From Gemmata obscuriglobus (GTDB taxonomy: Bacteria; Planctomycetota; Planctomycetia; Gemmatales; Gemmataceae), in the NCBI RefSeq assembly GCF_008065095.1, contig NZ_CP042911.1, positions 6,000,001-6,032,000 of the forward strand: a stretch of 32,000 bases of DNA, written 5' to 3'. Shown piece by piece: positions 17,102-25,659 of the stretch. Under the pieces are notes generated by a model. That model ran no database searches and was not told where the DNA came from. It worked only from the letters and a program-made list of their open reading frames with translations. Made by a program: the position numbers and the translations under genes. Positions within the stretch are counted from its first letter, which is position 1. Each line of letters begins with the position of its first letter.

Positions 17102-18370
17102 ATGTTCATCACGACGCTGGAGCTGGAGAACGTCCGCACGTTCGCGAAGGCGAACCTGGACTTCGTCCACCCGGACCTGGAGTACGCACCGGCGAAGACG
17201 CCGCTAGACAAGCTGAAAAAGCGACTTCCCCGTCCGCGACTGCCGAACGTGAACCTGCTGCTCGGCGACAACGGTTCGGGCAAGACGACGCTTCTGCGGG
17301 CCATCGCGATGTCCGCCCTCGGCCCGAGCGTGACCAGCCCTTCGGCTGGAATCCGGGACCCGGGGCTGGTTCGGCGGGGCGCGGACCTGCCGAAGAATGC
17401 GAAGGCACGCCTCGTGAGTGCGTTCGGGTTACACCCCCAAGACCGGGCCCCAGAAGGGGCGGTCGCACGGGGGGAACTTGAGGTCGGGAAGCGGGGCGAC
17501 ACCGAGGAGTTCAGGTTCCTCGATCCGGACGAACACGTGTGGGAGCCGGTCTTCGAGGAGAAGAACGACGCGTTCCTCGTGGTCGGTTACGGGGCCACTC
17601 GTCGCGTGGAGCAAGCCGATCGGTTTGACATGGGGTCGCGGACCAAGACCCGGTTCATCCGCGGACAGCGCATCGCCAGCCTCTACGAGGACGGGTTCTC
17701 GCTCATCCCGCTGACCTACTGGTTGCCCGACTTGCAGAAGTCCAACAAAGGGCGATATACCCAGGTCGTCCACCTCCTCAAACGGCTGATCGGACCCGGC
17801 CACTACACGTTCACCGAAGAGCTAGAGCGGGGCGACTACCTCTTCGAGCGAGGCGGTATGAAGATCCCGTTCCGGGCACTTTCCGACGGTTACCGGGCCT
17901 TCATCGGGTGGGTCGGGGACCTGTTATACCACGTGTGCTACGGCGCCCCGTCCGGGAAGAAACTGGACGAGGGGTCGGGGATCGTACTGGTGGACGAGAT
18001 CGACCTGCACCTGCACCCGCGGTGGCAGATGAAGGTCATCCCGACGATCGCGAAGGCACTGCCCCGGATGCAGTTCGTGTTCACGTCGCACAGCCCCCTC
18101 GTGGCCGGCAGCCTCGAATGGATGAACATCATCACGCTGAAGACGAACAACAAGACCAACCGCACCAAAGTTGGACGTCTCCAGAGGAGCATTCACGGGC
18201 TCGACGCGGATCAGATCCTGCTGAGCGACCTTTTTGGGCTGACCAGTACGCGGGCCGAAGCCAAGACGACCCAGCTTCACAAGCTGACGGCTCAAGCCCG
18301 AGAGGGCGATGACGCCGCGGCCCTCCAAATCGTCCGAGAACTCAGTCGTGGGTTGGAGGAGTCGCCTTGA
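17102..18370 (+). CDS. AAA_15/AAA_21-type ABC-like ATPase, Septu PtuA-like
   Basis: ATG at 17102 (MFITTLELENVRTF). Walker A LLGDNGSGKTTLLRAI, signature-like LSDGYRAF, Walker B IVLVDEIDLHLHPRWQ, H-loop FVFTSHSP. Its stop overlaps the start of the downstream HNH gene. Confidence 0.8.
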   Translation: MFITTLELENVRTFAKANLDFVHPDLEYAPAKTPLDKLKKRLPRPRLPNVNLLLGDNGSGKTTLLRAIAMSALGPSVTSPSAGIRDPGLVRRGADLPKNAKARLVSAFGLHPQDRAPEGAVARGELEVGKRGDTEEFRFLDPDEHVWEPVFEEKNDAFLVVGYGATRRVEQADRFDMGSRTKTRFIRGQRIASLYEDGFSLIPLTYWLPDLQKSNKGRYTQVVHLLKRLIGPGHYTFTEELERGDYLFERGGMKIPFRALSDGYRAFIGWVGDLLYHVCYGAPSGKKLDEGSGIVLVDEIDLHLHPRWQMKVIPTIAKALPRMQFVFTSHSPLVAGSLEWMNIITLKTNNKTNRTKVGRLQRSIHGLDADQILLSDLFGLTSTRAEAKTTQLHKLTAQAREGDDAAALQIVRELSRGLEESP

Positions 18371-19254
18371 TCCGCATCGTCGTCACCGAAGCCGCCCTAC
18401 GGGCCAGAATTGAGGAACTCAAGGCCGGCTGGGAGGGGCGGATGAAGGCGCTCGTCACGGCCCTCAGGGGCAACGACGATCCCGAATTCCAGAACGAGTG
18501 GAGCGACATCAAAGAGGCGTACATCGAATTCCAGCACTCGAAGTGCGCGTTCTGCGAAAAGCCCCTGGAGGGCAAGATCGAACAGGACGTGGAGCACTTC
18601 CGGCCAAAGGGGGCCGTGGTCGCTTGGCCGGTGCCCGGTGACTTGGCCGATGAGGTTCGGAAAGCCGGGTTCCGGGTTGTTCAGCCACCCAGAGGGTCGA
18701 AGGGATACAAGTACCTCGCGTACCATCCGCTCAACTACCTGACGGCGTGCAAAACGTGCAACTCGATTAGAAAGAAGAACTACTTCCCGATCGCGGGCCG
18801 CCGTAGGCTCGGCGGACGCGCGATCGCTGACCTCGCGGGCGAGCAAGCCTATTTGATTTACCCACTCTCGGACCTCGACGCGGACCCGGAGCACTTGATC
18901 GAGTTCATCGGCATTACGCCTCGTCCCAAAGCCGGCTTGACGGTCTTTGAACGACTCCGCGCACGCGTGACGATCGAATTCTTCGGCCTGGACAACGTAT
19001 CCGAGCGGAAGGATCTGCTCATCGACCGATTCGAGACGCTAGAAAAAGTCTACCTTGCACTGAAGGGGCGGACGGAATTTGCCACAGCGGCCGACCGCAA
19101 CAGGGCCGACCAGGTGGTGACGGCTTACCAGACCAGCCGGAGGCGGCATACGAACTGTATCAAACATTTCGTTGCCCTGTTTACCCGGCATCCGGAGCAA
19201 GCCGAGCAACTATATCAGGACGCGGTTACCTACCTGAAAACGGTCTCCAGTTGA
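18367..19254 (+). CDS. HNH endonuclease of the TIGR02646 / Septu PtuB-like type
   Basis: TTG start at 18367 overlaps the ATPase stop (TTGA). Motifs: KCAFCEKPLEG..EQDVEHFRPKG ... LNYLTACKTCNSIRKKNYFP (CxxC..H..CxxCN HNH pattern). A downstream TIEFFGLDNVSERKDLLIDR segment is also typical of this family. Confidence 0.75.
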   Translation: MIRIVVTEAALRARIEELKAGWEGRMKALVTALRGNDDPEFQNEWSDIKEAYIEFQHSKCAFCEKPLEGKIEQDVEHFRPKGAVVAWPVPGDLADEVRKAGFRVVQPPRGSKGYKYLAYHPLNYLTACKTCNSIRKKNYFPIAGRRRLGGRAIADLAGEQAYLIYPLSDLDADPEHLIEFIGITPRPKAGLTVFERLRARVTIEFFGLDNVSERKDLLIDRFETLEKVYLALKGRTEFATAADRNRADQVVTAYQTSRRRHTNCIKHFVALFTRHPEQAEQLYQDAVTYLKTVSS

Positions 19255-19276
19255 CCCGCTCCCGTCGGACAAGATC

Positions 19277-22200
19277 ATGACATTGCTGCGCGAGCTGATC
19301 GACATCCCCGAACACGTCCGCAAGGGCGACTTCGTCCTCCGCCTGTCCGAGGGTGTGGTCGACCCGGCCGGGACGTTGGGGGAGTACGTCGTCACCCCCG
19401 AACTGGTCCGGTGCTTCGACCAGGCCCTCGACTTCATCCGGGCCGCGGTCACCGGCCGGACGAGCAAAGCGACCTACCTGCACGGGTCGTTCGGGTCCGG
19501 CAAGTCGCACTTCATGGCCGTGCTGCACCTGATCCTCCAGGGCAACGCGCAGGCCCGCGGCATCCCCGAACTCGCACCGGTGATCGCCAAGCACAACGAC
19601 TGGCTGGCCGGGAAGAGGTTCCTGCTGGTGCCCTACCACATGATCAGTGGGGCGCACAACAGCATGGAGAGCGGCATCCTCGGCGGGTACGCCGACTTCA
19701 TCCGCCGCACCCGACCGGACGCTCCCGTGCCCGGCGTGTTCCTCGCCAAGGGGCTGTTCGAGGACGCCCAGCGGCAGCGGCGGCGGGACGGCGACGAGAA
19801 GTTCTTCGCCGAGCTGAACGCCGGCCGGGGCAACGAGCAGGCGTCGGGCTGGGGCGACCTCGAAAGCAGTTGGGACGCGGCCCGGTTCGAGGCGGCGATC
19901 GACGCCGACCCCGGTTCCGAGGAGCGGACCCGGCTGGTGAGCGACCTCGTGGGGACGTTCTTCCAGTCCTACGCGTCGGTGGCGCACGGGGGCCGGGAGG
20001 CGTACCTGTCGCTGGACAAGGGGCTGTGCGTGCTCAGCCAGCACGCCCGCGACCTGGGGTTCGACGCCCTCCTGCTGTTCCTCGACGAACTGATCCTGTG
20101 GCTGGCCACGCGGTCGGTGGACCTCGACTTCGTCAAGCGGGAGGCGGCCAAGCTCACCACCCTGGTCGAGGCGCAGACGCCCGACCGGCCGATCCCCGTG
20201 GTCAGCTTCGTCGCCCGCCAGCGGGATCTGCGCAAGCTGATCGGGGACCACGTTGCCGGGGCCGAGCGGCTGAACTTCAGCGACTCGCTCGACTGGCAGG
20301 AGGGGCGGTTCAGCACCATCACGCTGGAGGACCGGAACCTCCCGGCGATCGCCGAGAAGCGCGTCTTGAAGCCTGTCAGCGAGGCCGCGAAGGGCGAGCT
20401 GGACGCCGCCTTCGAGAAGACCGCGAAGGTCCGCGACGTGGTGTGGAACACGCTCCTGGCGAACGAGGGTGACAAGCGGATGTTCCGCCAGGTGTACCCG
20501 TTCAGCCCGGCCCTGGTGCAGACGCTCATCGCCGTGTCGAGCGTCCTCCAGCGGGAGCGCACCGCCCTCAAGGTCATGCGACAGCTCCTGGTCGACCAGC
20601 GAGATTCGCTCCAGGTCGGCGACCTCGTGCCCGTCGGCGACCTGTTCGACACCGTGGCCCACGGGGACGAGGCGTTTTCGGCGGAGATGGCGATCCACTT
20701 CGAGAACGCCAAGCGGCTGTACCACCAGAAGCTGCTCCCGGTGCTGGAGAAGCAGCACGGGCGGGCGGAGGAGCTGGAGCAACTGCCCTGGGAGAACCCG
20801 AAGCGGGTCGCGTTCCGCAACGACGACCGGCTGGTGAAGACGCTCCTGCTGGCCGCACTGGTGCCGGGCGTGGAGACGCTCCGCGGGCTCACCGCCGAGC
20901 GGCTGGCCGCCCTCAACCACGGGACGATCAAGACCCCGATCCCCGGTCGGGAAGCTCAAGAGGTGCTGCGCCGGGTCAAGACGTGGGCCGCGGGCGTCGG
21001 CGAGATCCGCGTCGGCGAGGGCCAGAACCCGACGATCACGGTGCAGCTCACCGGAGTCGATACCGAGGCCATCCTGGCCAAGGCCCGCGGCGAGGACAGT
21101 GCCGGCAACCGCCGCCGCCGCGTCCGCCAGATGCTGTTCGAGCAGCTCGCCATTGAGGACCCGGATAAGTTGTTCTTCACCTACGGGTTCCGGTGGCGGA
21201 ACACCGAACGGGCCTGCGAGCTGATCTTCGCCGACAAGCACGTCCGCGACCTGCCCGACACGTCGCTGGAGTCGGAGGACGGGTGGCGGCTGGTGATCGA
21301 CGTGCCGTTCGGGGAGCCCGGCCACGGCCCCCGCGACGGCATCGGCCGGCTCCAGCAGTTCCGCCACGCCCACCCGAACGGGACGCGCACGCTGGTCTGG
21401 ATACCGAACTACTTCAGCCAGGACGCCCTCCGCGACCTGGGGCTCCTGGTAGTGCTGGAGCACATCCTCGCCGGGGAGCGGTTCTCCGGGTACGCCTCGC
21501 ACCTGAACCCGCAGGACAAGCTGGCCGCCCGCAACCTGCTGGAGAACCAGAGCAGCGAACTGCGGCAGCGGGTGCGGCACCACCTGGAGGCGGCCTACGG
21601 GCTGGACGCCCTGCTGCCGGGCTCGCTGGACGCCACCCAGGAACTGGAGCCGCACGAGCAGTTCCAGTCCCTGAAGAGCGGGTTCGACCCGCAGCCCCCG
21701 GCTGCGGCCACACTCCGGGCGGCGATGGAGCAACTGCTCGACCAGGCGTTGGCCGACGACTACCCGGCGCACCCGCGGTTCGAGGCCGAGGTGCGGGCGG
21801 GGAACCTGCGGAAGGTGTACGACGTGGCCAGTCAGGCCGCCCGACGGGAGGACGGGCGGGTCGAGGTGGAGAAGACGCTCCGGCCGCTCCTGCGTCAGAT
21901 CGCCAACCCGCTCCTGCTGGGCGAGATGGGGCCGGACGCCACCCACTTCGTCCTCGGCCAGCACTGGAAGAACCACTTCACGCGCAAGATCTCGCAGGCC
22001 GGCGGTGCGGCCCTGACGGTGGGCCAGTTGCGGAAGTGGACCGACGACCCGAAGCCGATGGGGCTGCCCAAGGAGGCCGCGAACCTCGTCATCCTCGTGT
22101 TCGCCGAGCAGACGAACCGGACGTTTTTCCTGCACGGCGGTGCCACCGATGCCACCCTCTCCAACCTCTCCGACGCACTGGAGCTGCGGGAGTGGAAGGG

Positions 22201-22978
22201 GCCGTCGGAGGCCGTTTGGGATGCGGCCGTGCGGCGGGGCGGGAGCATCATGGGGGTGGCAGTCTCCCCGCTCCTCAAGTCGAACAACGTCAGCAGCCTG
22301 GCGAATCAGGTGAAGGCGAAGGCGACGGAGTGCCGGCCCGGCTTGCAGCTCTACGCCCGCCGACTGCGGGAGCGGCTCACGCCGATGAGACTCGCGGACT
22401 CGCCGCGTCTGAAGACCGCCCAGGCGACGGCCACGCTCGCGGAGCGACTGGCGGCGGGCGACGGGGACGGGCTGGTGGGGGTGCTGGCGACCGCCGAGGT
22501 GGCGACCTCCGAGGCCGCGATGAGCACCTGTCTGGGCCGGGCCGCCGAACTGGCCGTGGCCCTCGACTCGTTCAGCTGGGAGATCCTCGACGCGGTCTCG
22601 AAGCTCGACGGCAGCCAGCGAGCCGCGGCCGACGAGGTCGTCCGAACGGTCCGGGAGGCCCTCGCGGCCGACGAGCACGCGGTCGCGCTCGCCCCGACGC
22701 TGAAGGAGGCGCAGTCGAAGGCCGTGCGCCTGCTCACCGCCCGGCCACCCGCCCCGCCCGCTGTTCCCCCGCCGGCCGTTCCCCCACCATCCGACCCGCC
22801 GGTCGTCGTGACTCCCGTGCCAGTCACCCCGAAGACGGTGCTGCGGGGGGAGAAGGCCGGGCTCACCCTGGAGGAGGCCCAGACCCAACTCGACCGACTG
22901 AAGGAGGAGTTGTCCGCCGGGCAGACGGTGACCGTCAGCATGGCCTGGAAGGTCGAGTCAGGAGGACCCGGAACGTGA
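19277..22978 (+). CDS. pglY: BREX P-loop ATPase PglY (BrxC-like)
   Basis: 1233-aa ORF starting at an ATG. Walker A YLHGSFGSGKSHFMAV at about 19484-19510. LLFLDELILW is Walker B-like. Position between pglX and pglZ. The proline-rich segment PPAPPAVPPPAVPPPSDPP lies near the C-terminus. Confidence 0.88.
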   Translation: MTLLRELIDIPEHVRKGDFVLRLSEGVVDPAGTLGEYVVTPELVRCFDQALDFIRAAVTGRTSKATYLHGSFGSGKSHFMAVLHLILQGNAQARGIPELAPVIAKHNDWLAGKRFLLVPYHMISGAHNSMESGILGGYADFIRRTRPDAPVPGVFLAKGLFEDAQRQRRRDGDEKFFAELNAGRGNEQASGWGDLESSWDAARFEAAIDADPGSEERTRLVSDLVGTFFQSYASVAHGGREAYLSLDKGLCVLSQHARDLGFDALLLFLDELILWLATRSVDLDFVKREAAKLTTLVEAQTPDRPIPVVSFVARQRDLRKLIGDHVAGAERLNFSDSLDWQEGRFSTITLEDRNLPAIAEKRVLKPVSEAAKGELDAAFEKTAKVRDVVWNTLLANEGDKRMFRQVYPFSPALVQTLIAVSSVLQRERTALKVMRQLLVDQRDSLQVGDLVPVGDLFDTVAHGDEAFSAEMAIHFENAKRLYHQKLLPVLEKQHGRAEELEQLPWENPKRVAFRNDDRLVKTLLLAALVPGVETLRGLTAERLAALNHGTIKTPIPGREAQEVLRRVKTWAAGVGEIRVGEGQNPTITVQLTGVDTEAILAKARGEDSAGNRRRRVRQMLFEQLAIEDPDKLFFTYGFRWRNTERACELIFADKHVRDLPDTSLESEDGWRLVIDVPFGEPGHGPRDGIGRLQQFRHAHPNGTRTLVWIPNYFSQDALRDLGLLVVLEHILAGERFSGYASHLNPQDKLAARNLLENQSSELRQRVRHHLEAAYGLDALLPGSLDATQELEPHEQFQSLKSGFDPQPPAAATLRAAMEQLLDQALADDYPAHPRFEAEVRAGNLRKVYDVASQAARREDGRVEVEKTLRPLLRQIANPLLLGEMGPDATHFVLGQHWKNHFTRKISQAGGAALTVGQLRKWTDDPKPMGLPKEAANLVILVFAEQTNRTFFLHGGATDATLSNLSDALELREWKGPSEAVWDAAVRRGGSIMGVAVSPLLKSNNVSSLANQVKAKATECRPGLQLYARRLRERLTPMRLADSPRLKTAQATATLAERLAAGDGDGLVGVLATAEVATSEAAMSTCLGRAAELAVALDSFSWEILDAVSKLDGSQRAAADEVVRTVREALAADEHAVALAPTLKEAQSKAVRLLTARPPAPPAVPPPAVPPPSDPPVVVTPVPVTPKTVLRGEKAGLTLEEAQTQLDRLKEELSAGQTVTVSMAWKVESGGPGT
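22961..22966 (+). promoter_or_regulatory. Shine-Dalgarno GGAGGA for pglZ
   Basis: GGAGGA lies 8 nt upstream of the GTG at 22975, inside the end of pglY. Confidence 0.5.
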
Positions 22979-25659
22979 CGCAGCCGGCACCTACGTTCGG
23001 CCAGATCCGGGCCAAGGTCCAGGCCGTCCGCCGCAAGATCCCGGACGCCAGTGCGGTGGGCATCCACGCGCCAGGCCGGTACGCGGGCGACCGCGTCCGC
23101 CGGGAGGGTGCGGACACCTACCGGATCGAGCAGTGCGACTCACCGCTCGCGGCCCGCATCGCCCTGCTCGGCGACGAGCCGGCGGCGACGGTCACCGTGC
23201 TGGTCACCGGCCTCGCCGACCAGGATCTGGGCGACGACGTGCTGGTCCGGCTCGCGGGCCGCAGGCTCTACCCGCTGGACCCGTGGCAGATCGTCAAGGA
23301 ACTGTTCCAGGCGCACGCCGTCGATCCCCGGCTGCGCGGCCAGGGGTGGATCGCCGACCGGCTGCTGGAACTCGCCACCGCCGCGGGGGTGCCGGCCGCC
23401 GCGGGGGGCTACCTGGACGCGGAAATCGTCTGGCCCATGCTCCTCCAGCGGCTGCTCGGCCTGGAGGGGGACCGGCCCGACCTTCCCCTCCTGCTTCGCT
23501 GGTCGGCCGTCCCCGAGAACGTCGGACGCTTCCGCCGACTGCCGGACGAGCCCCGGCGGGCGATCGAGGGGTGGCTGTCCGCCTCGCTGGGGCCGACCGC
23601 GGCAGCCGTTCTCCGGTGCGCCGGTGCTACCGACCAACCCGACGCCCTGCCCGTCGGCCTGGCCCTCGGCGTCGTCCACCACCCGGCGGCCGCCGGGCAG
23701 CTGGACCGGGCCGCGGGGCGGCTGGAACGGTTCCTGGGCGGCCCCACCCCCGAACCCGCGGTCACCGACCGCTGGCACGCCGCCGCCACCGAGGCGGTGC
23801 GACTGCTGGACGCCGACACGCGGGCGAGGAACGGGCTGCTGCACCGTGCGGAGGAGGTGCTCCGGGAGGTCCAGGCGGACGAGTTCGCGCACCTGACCGA
23901 CGTGCTCCCGCGGGGGTTCGAGCAGCGACTGGCCCGGCTCGGCGGGCTGCTCGCGGTGACGGCCGACGAGCCGCCGGCGGTCGCCGAACTGACCGCCGCC
24001 CGCGACGCGGTCCGCCGGCACGACCAGGCCCGACGGGAGCCGCGGCGGGTGGAGCGGGTCGACATGGCCCTGCGGCTGGCACGGTGGCTGGCTGCCGCCG
24101 GCCCCGAAGTCGCCCCGCGGTCGCTGGGCGCGGCGGCGGCCGAGTACGTGGCACAGGGCAGCTTCGTGGACTGGGCCCGCTCGGCCCTCCGGGCGGGCGA
24201 CCCGGTTCGGGAGCTGTCGGAGGGGTACGCCCGGCTGCTGGCCCGGGTCGCCGCCCGGCGGGAGGCCCAGAACCGCCGCTTCGCCGAACTCCTGCGGGAC
24301 CAGACCGCCGCGGCGGCCCGGCCCGCCGACGTCACCCCCGTCGAGGCCGTCCTCGACCAACTGGTCGCCCCGCTCGCGGCCCTGGCCCCGGTGCTGGTCG
24401 TCCTCCTGGACGGGATGAGCCCGGCCGTGTCGCGGGAGCTGACGGCCGACCTGACCCGGCTGGACTGGGCGTCGCTCGGCCCCGGCGGGCGCGCACTGCC
24501 GCCCGGCCTGGCGGCGATCCCGTGCGTCACCGAGGCGTCGCGGACCAGCCTGTTCTGCGGCCGGCTCGCCACCGGGTCCGTCGCGGACGAGGCGGCCGGG
24601 TTCGCCGCGCACGCCGCCCTCAAGCTACACTGCCGCGCCGGTCAGCCGCCGGTCCTGTTCCACAAGATCGCTCTCACCGGACCCGGCGACGCCGCCCTGG
24701 CGGCCAACGTCCGGGAGGCGGTCGCCTCGGCGCAGAAGCGGGTCGTCGGGGTCGTGGTGAACGCGGTCGACGACCACCTCCTCAAGGGCGAGCAGCTCGA
24801 CCTGCGGTGGACGCGGGACGAGATCAAGGTCCTGCTGCCGCTCCTGTACGAGGCCCGGTCGGCCCGGCGGGTGGTCGTGCTCCTGAGCGACCACGGGCAC
24901 CTGCTCGACGACCAGACGCGAGCCGCGGACGGGGACGGCGGGGAGCGGTGGCGTTCGGACGACGGGCGTCCGGGCGAGGGCGAACTGGCCCTCCGCGGGC
25001 CGCGGGTTCTGCTCGGCGACGGCCACCGGCTGATCGCCCCGTGGACCGAACGGCTCCGTTATGTGGGCCGGAAGAATGGCTACCACGGCGGGTTGACCCC
25101 CCAGGAGATGTTGATCCCGATCACCGTGCTGGCGGCCGGCGACCTCCGCCCGGACGGGTGGGTGGACGCCCCCGACCCGGCCCCAGACTGGTGGGAGCCG
25201 GCTCCGCCCCTCGCTGCTCTGCCGGCAGTCGTGTTGCCGCCGAAACCCTCGGCCCCGAAGGTCCCGACGAGCCTGTTCGACGACGAAGAAGAGACCCCGG
25301 CAGTACCTCCCGTTGCCCCTGCGGTCGCATCGTCCCCAATTTGGGTGGCCGCCCTGCTGGCGTCGCCGGTTTTCACCGAGCAGAAGAAGCTGGGCGGGCG
25401 GGCCGTGCCGGACGACGCCACCTTCGCCGGGCTGCTGGCCGCCCTCGACGAGGCCGGCGGCAAGTTGACCTCGGCCGCCCTCGCCCGGCGGATGAGCTTG
25501 CCACCGTTCCGCCTTCGGGGGCTGCTGGCGGTCTGTCAGCGGGTCCTGAACGTCGACGGCTTCGCGGTCCTGGGCCGGGACGACCCGTCCGACACCGTTG
25601 AACTGAACCGGTCACTGCTGTTGCGGCAGTTCGACCTCATCGCGGAGGACCGCCCGTGA
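22975..25659 (+). CDS. pglZ: BREX alkaline-phosphatase-fold protein PglZ
   Basis: GTG at 22975 is in frame with track ORF 21193..25659 and overlaps the pglY stop (GTGA). PglZ-type motifs: VLVVLLDGMSPAVSREL, IPCVTEASRTSLFCG, VVVNAVDDHL, VVVLLSDHGH, GYHGGLTPQEMLIPITVL. The 5' part of the track ORF lies inside pglY and is rejected. Confidence 0.88.
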   Translation: MTQPAPTFGQIRAKVQAVRRKIPDASAVGIHAPGRYAGDRVRREGADTYRIEQCDSPLAARIALLGDEPAATVTVLVTGLADQDLGDDVLVRLAGRRLYPLDPWQIVKELFQAHAVDPRLRGQGWIADRLLELATAAGVPAAAGGYLDAEIVWPMLLQRLLGLEGDRPDLPLLLRWSAVPENVGRFRRLPDEPRRAIEGWLSASLGPTAAAVLRCAGATDQPDALPVGLALGVVHHPAAAGQLDRAAGRLERFLGGPTPEPAVTDRWHAAATEAVRLLDADTRARNGLLHRAEEVLREVQADEFAHLTDVLPRGFEQRLARLGGLLAVTADEPPAVAELTAARDAVRRHDQARREPRRVERVDMALRLARWLAAAGPEVAPRSLGAAAAEYVAQGSFVDWARSALRAGDPVRELSEGYARLLARVAARREAQNRRFAELLRDQTAAAARPADVTPVEAVLDQLVAPLAALAPVLVVLLDGMSPAVSRELTADLTRLDWASLGPGGRALPPGLAAIPCVTEASRTSLFCGRLATGSVADEAAGFAAHAALKLHCRAGQPPVLFHKIALTGPGDAALAANVREAVASAQKRVVGVVVNAVDDHLLKGEQLDLRWTRDEIKVLLPLLYEARSARRVVVLLSDHGHLLDDQTRAADGDGGERWRSDDGRPGEGELALRGPRVLLGDGHRLIAPWTERLRYVGRKNGYHGGLTPQEMLIPITVLAAGDLRPDGWVDAPDPAPDWWEPAPPLAALPAVVLPPKPSAPKVPTSLFDDEEETPAVPPVAPAVASSPIWVAALLASPVFTEQKKLGGRAVPDDATFAGLLAALDEAGGKLTSAALARRMSLPPFRLRGLLAVCQRVLNVDGFAVLGRDDPSDTVELNRSLLLRQFDLIAEDRP

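Noticed and set aside
19226-22888. 1220-aa minus-strand ORF antisense to pglY
   Set aside because: It exactly shadows pglY, whose plus-strand product has a clear Walker A and sits in BREX context. The antisense product is low-complexity and Arg/Gly/Pro/Leu-rich with no motifs. This is the usual high-GC antisense-ORF artefact.
21193-22974. 5' part of the 1488-aa track ORF that contains pglZ
   Set aside because: It lies entirely inside pglY in another frame and is Arg/Gly/Pro-rich. A GTG at 22975 with a GGAGGA RBS and a GTGA overlap gives a normal-length PglZ.
23133-25601. 822-aa plus-strand ORF and 490/404-aa minus-strand ORFs overlapping pglZ
   Set aside because: These are alternate-frame or antisense artefacts, extremely Arg/Pro/Gly-rich. 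The pglZ frame carries the phosphatase-fold motifs.
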